A stretch of 64,000 nucleotides of DNA from Eukaryota sp. GEM-RC1 (Eukaryota). Where the stretch lies: the NCBI GenBank assembly GCA_040285855.1, contig JAUFOQ010000001.1, positions 3,410,001 to 3,474,000 of the forward strand, read 5' to 3'. The position numbers and the translations under genes are program-made. Positions 37,974-51,700 of this stretch are shown here, one piece after another (the first letter of the stretch is position 1; each line of letters begins with the position of its first letter). Below the pieces are notes generated by a model. That model was not told the origin of the DNA and did no database searches. It was given only the letters and a program-made list of their open reading frames with translations.

Positions 37974-39107
37974 TTGTTGGGGAGTGAATTTAAAAAATAA
38001 TTTTGAAAAACCGTCGAAACATGTGCGTGTTGACACTCCTGCTCAGATTGGCTTCTTCGGGAGTACTTCTAACTTACCATTTATATGATATTTGTCTCAA
38101 ATTAGAGTATAGATAGGCTCGGAAAACATCCCTTAAAAGATGTTTTATTCAATCTTGGATGATGAATACTTCTACCACTGTAACTCGGTATAAACCACCA
38201 GCTGAAGATAATAAGCGGTGGATTTGTGTATCCTATTATTCTAAGTACAACATCTAAGTGCAACAACATGGCTGATCATGCAGCTTCAAATAATGAACTG
38301 GTTGCGCCATTCAATCATTGAGCCGCATTTGCACTTCCATATCTTACTTCTCCAATTCAGTAATATACAATTGCTTCTATCGTATTCAGTTGCTGGAAAA
38401 GTTAACAAGCGCTTCTAGTGGGAAAGTATGAACTTTATAAATTGTAGTTAGAAATCTACTTGATTATTATAACATCGGTGTGTATAGCTTTATTGAAGCT
38501 TATCTTTAGAGTACACACCAAGTACCCAACTATCATGACGTAACGCTACCACTACATTCTTAGAGCCAGTGTTGCGAATAAAACGTGACATATGGAAATC
38601 GAGATACAACTTATTACATGGACACTGATTAAACGGACAACAAAACGTAGCATAAATTGATTTATTCTGGCCTTGCGAGTACCACATACCAGAAATTCTT
38701 TTTCTACTTCTGTTAATGTAAAGAGATGAAGAACAACCTATTCAATGGCGTGTTCTTAAAGAGTCTTCATGAAGAATCAATTGAATAACATTAATCCTTC
38801 TCTTGTCAAAACAAATACTTTAATTGAATATTCAAGTCTTTGGCTACAAAGGGTAGGAACAGGTGTTCATAAATACAATAATATGAACTTGTAACACTTC
38901 ATGAACACCTGTGGCTAACGATAGCCACAAAAAGTAATCAAAGAATACTGAAGAAATCAACGAAACTGTTCAAATTTTTGGATCCAATTAGACTTTGGAA
39001 GCACTGGCTCTGACAGATCCGATATCTAATGAATATTATTCACAACACACTAAATTCATCTTCTAGAGCATTGTCTCGGACATGTTTTCTAAGGTGAATT
39101 TAAGAGA

Positions 39108-39930
39108 ACCAATGTGTGTAGTTTGGAAAAGATTATCTAATTAAAAGCCACATGCTCAAAAAAAAGGCGACATGATACTCTGACATCACCACATAAATCA
39201 GTAAAGTCCACTTAAAGAATAGTACATGGAAAAATTTATGGCACGCAAGTGCATATATGTTACATTACCGTGTAACACAACTAGAAGAGCAACTTAAAGA
39301 TTTCATAAACAACATTTCTGTCAAGGTTTCTATTACACTTGATCTTTGGACATCATCCCTTCATTGCTGTTACTCTAAACATTATCAACGACTACTATGA
39401 ATTACGATTGATGTTGTTGGATATAGTAATGCTACCAAATCTACACACCAAAGAAAATATCTGAACATCTTTTCAACTTGTTAAATGAATTCAAGCTAAA
39501 CACGAAAACTGGAAGGGATAAATACTGATAATGGTGTCAATAATGTGTGTGCTGTGAAGCTACTAGCAGATCGCCTCAATGACGTAAAAGTCTATAGCCC
39601 AAACCGTTGTTCTACACACATCCTAAATTTTCAATGGTAACTTGCGTTCTAATGTAAAAAAGCACCATAGTAAGCTGTATGATGAATCTGAAGTGCCTCC
39701 CCTTAATAAGAATCGGCAAATTACTGATCATCTTAATCCAACAGAACGCTCTTTCAACAAAGATCTAAGTGTAATAATTGATCTTATTGGTGAAGCTGGA
39801 CAAGGACTTAACCAAACTACTCGGACTAATGACGAAAATATCATCTTGCCTATACTGAACAATATTTCTAAAGTTCGGACATTTGTTCGAAAATTGCACA
39901 AATCTTCAGCACTACTAACAGCAAGCTGAT
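39108..39930 (+). mobile_element. Degraded hAT transposase relic
   Basis: KVSITLDLWTS, TDNGVNNVCAVKLL, CSTHILN (CxxHxLNL motif) and ISKVRTFVRKLHKS occur in order across broken frames. Confidence 0.75.
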
Positions 39931-41229
39931 GCAGCATGCATTAAGAATGCATTACGAATATAATCAATCGTACATGCATGCATTCAAAATGATCTACAGA
40001 GGCAAGGTAAACCACCAATTTCAAAGAAGATTACATTTTGAAAATTGCGGTATCCCGTTTATGTTTTTCTGAGCATCACTTTTACCTGCAAATGGCTGCG
40101 ATTAACAAAGACACTTACTGCTAGATCTAAAACTAAAATTGTTCAACAATTATTGGCCAAAAAAGTGAAAACAAATGAATTTTCTTTCTGTAAAGACACA
40201 ATCAATTCATGCCTTACCAAATCAAAACTTATAGACCCTCTCGAAGTCATCGGTGTTTTTGTAAACGACTCTGGTTCCCCCCAGTCTATAACTTTAAAAT
40301 TCTAGATATTCAATGACGATGTTTTAGGTACAAACATTTGAAAGACGATGAATCTCGAATTAATTTGTTGTAGGCTACCGACTTCTGTTTATATATTCTT
40401 TTCCCTTTCCATTGTACACGGACCAACAATGACGTCATTGATTGTTTTCATGGGGTTGAATCGCTTTTGGATCCACATCAATCCAAAGGATGCTGCCAAA
40501 ACTGTAAGTTGAGCTCCCTGATGGTAGAAAATTTGAGTTTTTGCACTGTCCCTTCGGATTAAAGAACGTGCCATGATTTTTCCAATCCGGGGTTGACTTC
40601 CCGTTGGTTCCACAGCATGGATGGTGTTTCGCCAACACAATTCAATGTTTTACATTTCTCTAAGATCCTTTGTGAGAAAGCCGCGTCTCGATCTTCAGTG
40701 TCGCTGCGTTTGCTGGTTTTGTTTATTTGTTGAAGGCCGCCTTGGAACGATCACAGAAAATTGTATTTAAAGGAAATTTAATAGAATGTTACTTATAGTA
40801 GACATTGACCGAATTAAAATACGGGATGAATTAACTTTCTGATATCGTGTTCCAATGTAAGTCCAGTTATAAGATATAGTGACCACGTCATCAAAGTACA
40901 ATCATCATACGTGTACCTTGATTCAATCGGTAAAAATTATAATCAATACAACTAGTGGTGAAATTCTGGCTGGTGGAAATTTCTTCCTCCAAATAACAGA
41001 AACACATAACCAAAGATAAGAGAAATGCAAAAAAAACACAGTAACTATGTGGAAAACGATAGACCAATGGTAACATCCGAATAATCCATGTTTAGAAAAC
41101 AATACGATCAAAAAGCTTAGAATGATAGAGCTCACAATATTTTTAGGTTTGATTGAAAGATTGCTGGAAGAAGTCATTAGCGTATGCAATGTAAAACGCT
41201 GAACCAAACTCTTCAGTTAATCATGGAGT

Positions 41230-41620
41230 CAATATAGTAAGAAAACCCCATTGCCAAGTGGCACAGTCCATGCGACCTTCCTAAGAGCAGATACCATATA
41301 CACGGAGAACATCAGGGTGACTTAGTTGAACAAGGGAGATCATCTTCATCCTTGTTCAGTAAGAGAGGACATTGTAACACCAACTTGAAGCTTGGACCAC
41401 TCCTCAGCATAAACAACCTCCAGAAGTACCTTCACCAAGAAGAAGTTGTTGATCCTTTCAAAGACTTCTACTTGAACCAATTTCTGGGTAGAAATCTCCA
41501 TCGCGAGCAGCCTCAACAAAATCTATAAGATCTTAGTTGTCGAGATTCTCGGAAGGGAAGAACATTTCTTTCAGGTTATTTAAGTACGAAGTGCATTGAC
41601 AACGAGTATATAGGAAGGTC
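41230..41620 (-). pseudogene. Degraded protein kinase N-lobe related to the RING-kinase-Sel1 genes
   Basis: Minus strand gives LLGEGTSG, WSKLQVGV and ISLVQLSHPDVLRVYGI (cf. MASLSHPFVLRVFGI), with stops and frameshifts. Confidence 0.6.
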
Positions 41621-42909
41621 ATGATTAAATAGTGAGATGATGGCAGGAAGAAAAAAGTTTATGTATGATAATTGATCGGGAAGTACACTTAGTAGTGATA
41701 GAAGGTCAGAGAGGTTGGAGGTTTTGTAAGTTAGATGGTAAGTCATTGGTGCCATCTAGAAAGATCATCCACTTCTCATTGCTACGTCAGCCACAACTCA
41801 TTCATAACACCAAATACTGGAGAACTGTACCAAGGGTTTGTGTTTAAGTCATCTCCACCTTAAGATCGCTTTGTAAGGTTATCCACTCTTTCTGATGAAC
41901 TTCTCTTCGTCAATGAACAAATCTTCCACATCGGGACGTCCTCTTTATATCCTCTTTACTACATGCAATTCTATAGCCTTTTGTGCTACCCATAAACGAA
42001 TTTCCTTCCACCCTTTAAGAGATCATCACACGTGATCTTACAGTGAATCTTATTAAACAAGTCTTTTCCGCTCTTCAAATTCAATGTCTCTTCAAGAACT
42101 TCTCTCAGTTTCAGATCCTCGTTCTCTTCTCAAAGAAATGATGATTCCTAAAACTCAAGTACATCTCCTTGTTTGTTGATCTTCTTTGCCAACCCTTTGT
42201 AATAGTGTAACATCAGTTGACACGCAGACTTCAATATCAAAATTTGTTTTTTATTTTCACTCCACATGTTCTTTGATACAATTGTAATATTCTTCTTCCA
42301 GTGTTTCTATTAGGTGGCTGAAGAAATTTCAACGACCTAGAACGTCTCTTTTTATCTGTGAAGTGGAATCAAACGTTTTACGAGAATCATTGTTTCACTT
42401 GAAACCTTTAACATTTTGTCTTGTCTTCTCATAGTAAGCGTTGAGTTTTATACTTTTACAAACTAAATCTAAGATCATAAAGTTGGTGGATCGAGTAACA
42501 TGACTATCAGCTGGGTTATTGGCTTATATATCCTCGTAAAACCAACAACAAACCAGGATCATTTTGCTCAACATATTTTAAATCTCTATAGTTGGCTGAT
42601 TACAGTACTACTACTTCCACCGTAGTTATAGTAGTCCGGATCATTAACACAACCAACATTCACGTGGAATATTTCACTTGGGAGTGGTCTAATTCGATGA
42701 CTCTACTGTCATGGGTCTTTAAGGAAATCTCTTTCAAAACTTATTCCACAATACAAGGACTCAGAAGATTAGAGCATGATGTCTCCATTAGAGCTTTATG
42801 TTAATCAAAGAAGGTGTTTTCGACTCTTCAACATCGATTCGTCTTCATGGAAAAGAATATTCCAAGCACTTAACAGTTCGTTATCCTGCGTTCAAACATA
42901 ATCTTCTTC

Positions 42910-43394
42910 TTATTGATTATGATTGATTGCAATCATCCTTGTTTTAAAAAAAAATTCTTACGTTTTCACCCCACACCGTGTGAGAGACTAGTTTATCGAC
43001 GATTTCAGGAAACAACGCAATTTGAAGTGGGAGACCAATTATCCTTTAAAAACAAATTGAGAGCGTCAATACTGCACCGCATTCCTGTGATGGATGGAAA
43101 AAACGTCTTGGTCATATGTTGCTGCATTTAAGTAATTTGATGCCCCATTAGTAATGATAAAAGTCACATATTCAGGACCAATTTCGTTGAGAACTGAAAC
43201 AAAAATATTTTTGAGAAAAAACAGTCTTTGATTGATAATTGCATTGAATTCATTGTAAAAGAGTGTCCTTTTGAACAAACAAGGTACACATTAATCAAGC
43301 TTGTATAGTTAATCTCTCTGTAAAGGTTAGTAATGTCGAGCGCATTTTTTCTTTTAACATTGTTAAGAATTTTGCGAACTACTGCGGTCATCAA
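42910..43394 (-). mobile_element. DUF659-type hAT transposase relic
   Basis: TSLINVYLVCSKG and VLNEIGPEYVTFIITNGASNYLNAA match the DUF659 LINF...G and EEIGP..V..V.TDNASN motifs; frameshifted. Confidence 0.72.
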
Positions 43395-44181
43395 TTTCTG
43401 AGAAGACGGTATGTGGAAAACTTCGTTGAATATTTAAATATTTTAATTGTAATTCTCAACAGCTCCTTAAATAACATTTTGCCCCTTTTCGATTTGGAAA
43501 TTACATTCGATACAAACTCTACTACTAATCAGCATACAGAAGATTGTTGTTTACTGCACATAATTTCAAAAGATCACGTACATCGCCTGAGGGTGTTTTC
43601 GCACTTTAACTGTATAAGTGTGACCATTCTGGACAGTTTGTATCATATTTGTGAGGGGGGTGTGGGTGCTCCTGAAGTTCATTTGTGATGTACAGTTGTC
43701 GCACAGCCTTCGGTAAAATTATTGAATATACCAATGTTTGTTAGTCTTTATATTGTGAACAACAAATGAGGTTACAAACCACACGGAAGAAATTGCAACA
43801 ACGTCAAAGCCGCAATTGGAATCACGATATTTAATCTGGAATCATTTAGTGATGTTAATTTTTCAATTCATCTCATCAAAACCAAATAAACCAAGATTCA
43901 ATGATGAGAAGCTATAAAGGTAAGAATTGGCCCAAAGCAACGTTAATATAAAATTTAACTCTGCACCAGTGATCCTATGGATCAGAAACCCTTTAAAAAA
44001 ACACACACAATAACCCATAACATCATAGACACCAGTCATAGACACCGCGTGGACCCGCGTGTTAACACCGACACAGTGTCTTTTACAAAACACGTGCGAA
44101 ATTTCCAACATTAGTCTCATCATCTGACTTTTCTCATATCGTACAAGACATTATTTATCATCATACAGTAGTCGTACAATA

Positions 44182-46882
44182 ATGATTTCTCCTGTAAAAG
44201 TGACTACAAACCCTAATGATATCGTTTCCCAACTCTACCAGAGCAAATAAAAGGAGTTTCTCACTGACAAGGTTATCGTCTTCCACGGTCAATCCTATCC
44301 TTGTCATTCTTCTTTTCTCTCCTCCTTCAGTCCAGTCTTGAAAGAAAAGCTACTCAGCTCCGATCATGAAGTAAACTTCCCCCAACTAGAGTCTATCCTT
44401 CCTGATGCCGATCTCTTCTTCCAAATCCTAGACTACTGTTATGGACAACCTTTTCAACTTACCTTGCAGAACTTGGCTAGTGTACTCTCAGTAGGTTCTT
44501 CTCTTCAACTTTCCTGTTTAGTAGACGCCACATATAAGATTATTTCTGAAGGATTTTCCAAACCACGTCATCTTCAGTTGAAGTCTGAAGAAGTCTTACA
44601 AACTATCAAATCAAGCGTTGAGCGAGATGTTATGGTTTCGTATAAGGGCAAGTCTCTAACCATTAGCTGATTGATTTTGATTTGTTCTTCTGAATATTTC
44701 GAAAATCTGTTTTGTTTGAATTTTGCAGACTCAAATGAACGAAAGTTCTCCTACATTGAACAATTTTCTGATGTTTGTGAGCCAAATTTTGAGACTTTTT
44801 TAATTTGCTTCTTGGTGAAACAATTAGTCTTGATGCCAATAATGTCGTTGATTTTTATCAATTGGCAGTTTATTTTCAAGTACAGAATCTGAAAGAAACT
44901 TGTAATTCATTTGTTTTTTTTTTCTTTTAATTCTACAAATGATATACTCTCTTTATTGAAGACTATTTCGGAACGGAATCTTCTTAATACACTGAAAGAG
45001 AATTTAAATCTTTTTGGAAAATTGGATAAAGATCTAGATCTATTCTCACCTTTCCATTTACCTCTTTCATTTATCCTTCTTTTAATAACGAAGGTGACTA
45101 ATTCTTGGTTGTTTCAATGTTTGTCGTTGTCCATTACCAATCAAGTTTTCGAAGAAGAATGTCAAGTAGTAAGTCACGTGTTTGAAAAAAATCTTAGTTA
45201 CAGATAACATTATTGAACAAGTGTATATTTGTTTGCTTCCACTATTTGATCAGAATTACTTTTGTCAATTCCTATTGTCTTGGTCAATCAAAGTCTCTCA
45301 GCAGATTCAAAATGTTCGCGTCATCTCTGATCAATGGTTTTTGTGGTGTTTATCTCAAAGTTGTTTGAATTTTAAGAGATGTAAAATTTCAAATATTGTT
45401 TTTTTCATTAAAAGTTTCGCATTAATCATTGACCAGAGTGTTCTGGACAGTTTTTCAATTACTCCATGTCTTACTCCTGAAGTTTTTTCAAAATTAAAGA
45501 AGACCCTACCTAATACTTTTAACCTATTTCTGATTAATTGTCTTGTAACGTCTTGGAAAGAAACTCAATTGTGGTCAGTAGAAGAGTTTAAGGAAGTAAT
45601 TGTTGATTTTCATTTTGATTTTGGGTCTACTACCGCAAACATTGAAATTTTAAATATTCTCTCAGATTTGACAACTGATACACGACTTGCGCCCTTTCTT
45701 TTGGCAGTTTTGTTAAAGCACTCATTGAATTCGTTGAATCATCACTTTAAAATATCAAGATCTGGTAATTGCTCTAAAGAACAAACTATTGTGATCAAAC
45801 AAGACGATACTTCAGATGTTAGGAATAATCATTGCAAATGTGCGACAAATAATGTTCCACAAATTGATACTGTTGCTATTTCGGCCACCACATTACCAAC
45901 AGGTACAGGTATACAGTGTTCTCCTACACCCGTCTCTATAAGTGATGTGCAAAAGCAACAGAACAAAGTCAAGCAAGATGCTCTCTTAGATTCCCTTAAA
46001 GAGGTCACTGGTTTGTTGAACAAACTTTCAGAATCTAATATGGCTAAGATCTTCAGTAGCATTGATCAAATCTTTAAGAAACAACATCCTTGTTCAAAGA
46101 GTTTTTCGAATGAATTACTTGATGATTTCAAAATTGAGTTTGTCAATCTTCTGTATAACAAGGCTGTGATGGAACCTCCTTTTGTCAATCTCTACTCTCA
46201 GCTTTGTCTCACGTTAACCAAAGAATTTCCACGCCTATCAGGTGTTTTAGTTAGAACGTGTCAGATTCACTTAGAGGAATACTTCGTCGCTGATAGTTCA
46301 CTCTCCGATAAAATTGATGAATTAATTGAAAAATTCAAGAGAGGTCGTTATGTCAACGACAGGGAAGACACTGAACTTCTAGAGGACCGGGTCTTTATGG
46401 AATACATGTTGAAGGCAAAAGTCTTGGACAATCTTCGCTTTGTTGGTTCTTTAATCCTTCACTCAGTTATTGATCCAGGAGTTGCTTCTTTTATTACTAA
46501 ACGATTAGTTCAAAACTTCCAAAAACCATTGGCGGTTGAAGGTCTTGTAATTCTATGGACTAAAATACTTGAATCAGCTGGAATCAATAAATATATTGAG
46601 ACAATCGTGGCCAAATACATCAGTGAGTTCTCTTGTTCTGCAGTTCTTCCGCTTCGAGAACGAGACATATGTACTGAGTGGATTACGTGGTTTAATAAAC
46701 AAAAGCAAACCCAGGAAAGGAGCTCTTTCAGTAAAGATGTTAGAACTGTAGATTTAGAAAAGAGTGATAGTTCTCAGGACGATGAAAACACAGACCAAGA
46801 ATCATCATCTGATATTGCTTATTATGTGTCCGTGTCTGAGTCTGATTCTTCTGTTTCTGACTATAGTGATAGTTCTACGTGA
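44182..46882 (+). pseudogene. BTB-BTB-MIF4G fusion gene, copy 1 (disrupted)
   Basis: Start MISPVKV (44182); in-frame TAA at 44248 and TGA at 44668 plus frameshifts. ORF 45182..46882 joins the post-BTB helical region in frame to MIF4G (EVTGLLNKLSES...KAVMEPPFVNLYSQLC) and an acidic Ser tail. Confidence 0.82.
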
Positions 46883-46959
46883 TTTTTCATATACATTGTT
46901 GTCAAAAACGTATCGTGTGTTTTAACTTTATTGTTATAATTTCGACTAACACAAACAAG

Positions 46960-47480
46960 GAGAACAGCTACAAAAACCTAACTGATGTAATAATCAGTTC
47001 CACTATCAAACAATCTGAATTACCAGTTAGTGCGGATAAGAAAGCTGTTGTTATAAGTGGTAGTCGTGGTCTTAGAAGTATCTCTGAAGCAGCCTTGATG
47101 ACGTCATCATAAATGTTACAAGTTTCAGTTTGGCTAGTAACACTACACGTATTTCGATGCCACTGGTCGTTAATTATATCAACACTAAAACGATTTTCGA
47201 AATCCAGGTCTTCAAATGCATTCAAAAGCTATATTTGAAATTTAACCACATACAACGGGAGAGACAGTAGAGATTTTAAAGGAATACTTGGTAAATGAGA
47301 AGGAAACAACTCAACTCAAGTTGAAACAACGAAAACAGTTGTTCCAAATACCAAATACAAACTGTCAATAACCGAGACTAATGAACTTAGCCAAGGAGTA
47401 GAGTATATGAGATTTTCATTGAACAAATCAACCGTGTCTGGATTTAAATTCAAATAGAAAATTTTTTGATCCACCGATAA
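46960..47480 (-). mobile_element. Probable non-LTR retrotransposon relic (copy of 58690-59170)
   Basis: Collinear with 58690-59300, which carries the GG-motif of LINE RT C-terminal regions; broken frames. Confidence 0.4.
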
Positions 47481-48793
47481 ACGCACTTTTATTGATCTCT
47501 GCGTTTTTGATGAAAATACTGTAAAGGTATTGTCAGATATGCCCAATCGGTAGCGTTTTACTGTGTATTAATGTCACATAAAACGGTCATGTAAACGGAT
47601 GATTATCTTTATTGATGGTTTTTCATTATGGGGTGTTCGACTGATAACTGATTTGATAACTGATATCTGAAGAATTGTGAACTGAACTGAACTGATTAAC
47701 AACCCTAGCTTGGACTATTGCATTAGCTGCGGCTAAAGTTAAAACTATGCACATAAATGCGTTTTTTTAAATTAGAAGTGGTAGTTAAATATTTTTTAAA
47801 ATTCTTTTTCTCTTCAAAAGGCAGACGATTCTTTTTAAAAGATCTACTCACAAGAGAAAGTTTTCAGCTTTATTCAACTATATTCAACGATTTCAAGTTC
47901 ATCATTACCAAAAGTGATCATATGGAAGATAATTACCGATACTTAGTCTGAGAAGAGTTCCAGGAATACTAACCATTGTGCGCCAATCGTTGGTACGTAC
48001 CGCTTTATTTTATCCGTACCGATGTCATTTGATTTTATGAAAAGCCTATTTATGAATGATCGAAATGGATTTACAAATTTTTGAGTGGCGGTTAGAGAAT
48101 CCTCTCCCTTCGGGCACAGTCGGATTCTCTCGGAGGTTGCTCCAATTCCGACATCCAGTCCAGACCCCAAATCTACCTCCGATAGAATCCTTCACCTTCC
48201 AGTGAACCACAACACTAGTGCAAATTACTGGATCATTTGATTGTTTAGGAATCCAATCTGTGAGCTTTTGGGCCCTTTATCATTGTTATAGTCCGTCGTA
48301 ACTACTCAATAAATTCATTGCGTTTCGAAGCAGCTACTATTATTGTTGATTCCGAGCGATTACTGAGCTTCGTACGTAAAAATGTCGTCTTGGGGAAGTC
48401 GTGGTAAGCAAATAACGTGACCTAGATGTGAAAATGTGTGACAATCACGATTTTGATATCCTGAACAATGTGTAACAGTGGAATTTATGCCGATGGTAAC
48501 TGTTATAATCTCACATTGGATCAACATGTTCAACATAGTTATGATTATTTTAGTCAATCAACAGAACAGTACCGGTACTTGTACGTACGGTAAAATACGC
48601 CTTAAATGGCTGCGGTACGGAACATTTGCGTTCCATGAGACTTACAGAAGAATTATTCACTAAAAATTAATTAATTGCAAACTGTATAATTTAATACCTT
48701 TGATATACTAAAAAGTGTATCAGAGAGTCTACGAAAAGTTGAACTACAGAATGTAGTTACAAGTGAGCAAAAACTCGATTTGTAATTGGCAAA

Positions 48794-51700
48794 TCATCCT
48801 AAGAGTCGTTCCAGTTGCTTTTTGGCTTTTGAGTGACCCAAATTGGCAGCCTTTGGAATCCAGTGCACCACTTTTGAGCAAAGCTGTGTTTCACAAATCA
48901 CACTGTGATGTGTGATCTGTGATCACAAAAGTGTAAAAATGGTCGGATTATTGTGATCACCATTGTCGACGCTAAACTTTGCTGTTTTTTGTGTATTTGT
49001 CAAATTTTAGTCACATTAATGAAACATAAACGAGACAAGTCAATTATTTGTCATATCTGAGTGGCAGACTGGACATTCTGAACCCCACGAATTAGATTAT
49101 TCTTTTTCTAAAAGGTGTTTAAATGTGTCTGCTACTTACTCATACAGATGATGTCATTGGAGTTTAATTTCACCTAGCTCTATTGATGCAAGAAGAAGAA
49201 AATCTCAGTTTCGCTCAATTCAAAATTTATCAAACACTTAGATTTGTGATCACAGATCACAGAACAGAGCAATATTGCTGTGAAGTACAACTATGCTTTT
49301 GAGTGATCTTTTGGATTCCTTGTCCATTGTAGTAACTAGCACCAAGATAAAACATGGCATCAGAGTGACCCAAATTGGCAGCCTTTTGAATCCAGTACAC
49401 CGCTTTTCAGTGATCTTTTTGGATTCCTTGTCCATTGTAGTAACTAGCACCAAGATTAATCATGGCATCAGAGTGACCCAAATTGGCAGCCTTTTGATAC
49501 CAGTACACTGCTTTTGAGTGATCTTTTTGGATTCCTTGTCCATTGTAGTAACTAGCACCAAGATTATTCATGGCACCAGAATTTCCCAAATCTGCAGCCT
49601 TTTGAAACCAGTAAACAGCTGTTGCGTGATCTTTTTGGATTCCTTGTCCATGGTAGTAACTAGCACCAAGATTAAACATGGCGCCAGAATTTCCCAAATC
49701 TGCAGCTTTTTGAGACCAGTACACTGCTTTCGATTGGTCTTCTTCGATTCCTTGTCCATTAAAGTAGCACATACCAAGATTATTCATGGCACCAGAATTT
49801 CCCAAATCTGCCGCTTTTTGATACCAGTACACTGCTTTCGATTGGTCTTCTTCGATTCCTTGTCCATTAAAGTAGCACATACCAAGATTATTCATGGCAC
49901 CAGAATTTCCCAAATCTGCCGCTTTTTGATACCAGTACACTGCTTTCGATTGGTCTTCTTCGATTCCTTGTCCATTGTAGTAACTAGCACCAAGATTAAA
50001 CATGGCGCCAGAATTTCCCAAATCTGCAGCTTTTTGAGACCAGTACACTGCTTTCGATTGGTCTTTTTCGATTCCTTGTCCATTAAAGTAACACATACGA
50101 AGATTATTCATGGCATCAGAATTTCCCAAATCTGCAGCTTTTTGATACCAGTATACAGCTGTTGCGTGATCTTTTTGGATTCCTTGTCCATTTTCGTAAC
50201 AAAAACCAAGATTATTCATGGCAAAAGAATTTCCCAAATCTGCCGCTTTTTGATACCAGTATACAGCTGTTGCGTGATCTTTTTGGATTCCTTGTCCATT
50301 TTTGTAACAAATACCAAGATTAAACATGGCGCCAGAATTTCCCAAATCTGCAGCCTTTTGAGACCAGTACACTGCTTTCGATTGGTCTTTTTCGATACCT
50401 TGTCCATAAAAGTAACACATACGAAGATTATTCATGGCAAAAGAATTTCCCAAATCTGCCGCTTTTTGATACCAGTATACAGCTGTTGCGTGATCTTTTG
50501 GATTCCTTGTCCATTTTTGTAACAAATACCAAGATTAAACATGGCGCCGGAATTTCCCAAATCTGCAGCTTTTTGATACCAGTACACAGCTGTTGCGTGA
50601 TCTTTTTGGATTCCTTGTCCATTTTCGTAACAAAAACCAAGATTATTCATGGCAAAAGAATTTCCCAAATCTGCCGCTTTTTGATACCAGTATACAGCTG
50701 TTGCGTGATCTTTTTGGATTCCTTGTCCATTTTTGTAACAAATACCAAGATTAAACATGGCGCCAGAATTTCCCAAATCTGCAGCCTTTTGAGACCAGTA
50801 CACTGCTTTCGATTGGTCTTTTTCGATACCTTGTCCATAAAAGTAACACATACGAAGATTATTCATGGCAAAAGAATTTCCCAAATCTGCCGCTTTTTGA
50901 TACCAGTATACAGCTGTTGCGTGATCTTTTTGGATTCCTTGTCCATTTTTGTAACAAATACCAAGATTAAACATGGCGCCGGAATTTCCCAAATCTGCAG
51001 CTTTTTGATACCAGTACACAGCTGTTGCGTGATCTTTTGGGATTCCTTGTCCATTTTCGTAACAAAAACCAAGATTATACATTGCAGCAGAGTGACCCAA
51101 ATCTGCCGCTTTTTGATACCAGTACACAGCTGTTGCGTGATCTGTTTGGATTCCTTGTCCATTGTAGTAACAAATACCAAGATTAACCATGGCACTAGAT
51201 TCACCCAAATCTGCCGCTTTTTGATACCAGTATACAGCCTTCGATTGGTCTTTTTGGATTCCTTGTCCATTGCAGTAACAAATACCAAGATTAACCATGG
51301 CACTAGATTCACCCAAATCTGCCGCTTTTTGATACCAGTATACAGCCTTCGATTGGTCTTTTTGGATTCCTTGTCCATTGTAGTAACAAATACCAAGATT
51401 AACCATGGCACTAGATTCACCCAAATCTGCCGCTTTTTGATACCAGTATACAGCCTTCGATTGGTCTTTTTGGATTCCTTGTCCATTGTAGTAACAAATA
51501 CCAAGATTAACCATGGCACTAGATTTACCCAAATCTGCCGCTTTTTGATACCAGTATACAGCCTTCGATTGGTCTTTTTGGATTCCTTGTCCATTGTAGT
51601 AACAAATACCAAGATTAACCATGGCACTAGATTTACCCAAATCTGCCGCTTTTTGATACCAGTATACAGCCTTCGATTGGTCTTTTTGGATTCCTTGTCC

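Noticed and set aside
38200..38340. Possible ankyrin remnant (GATSSLFEAA on the minus strand)
   Set aside because: Too short and degenerate to support.
41650..42900. Possible Ty3/Gypsy relic (PYK...NPWYSSPVFGV on the minus strand)
   Set aside because: One weak motif among many stops; no LTRs, YxDD or integrase recognisable.
7715..44250. In-frame TAA codons suggesting stop-codon reassignment (as in hexamitids or ciliates)
   Set aside because: The TAAs align to different residues in paralogs (Glu at 7715, Tyr at 12582, Gln at 44248), and intact genes end in TAA, TAG and TGA. These are ordinary nonsense changes.
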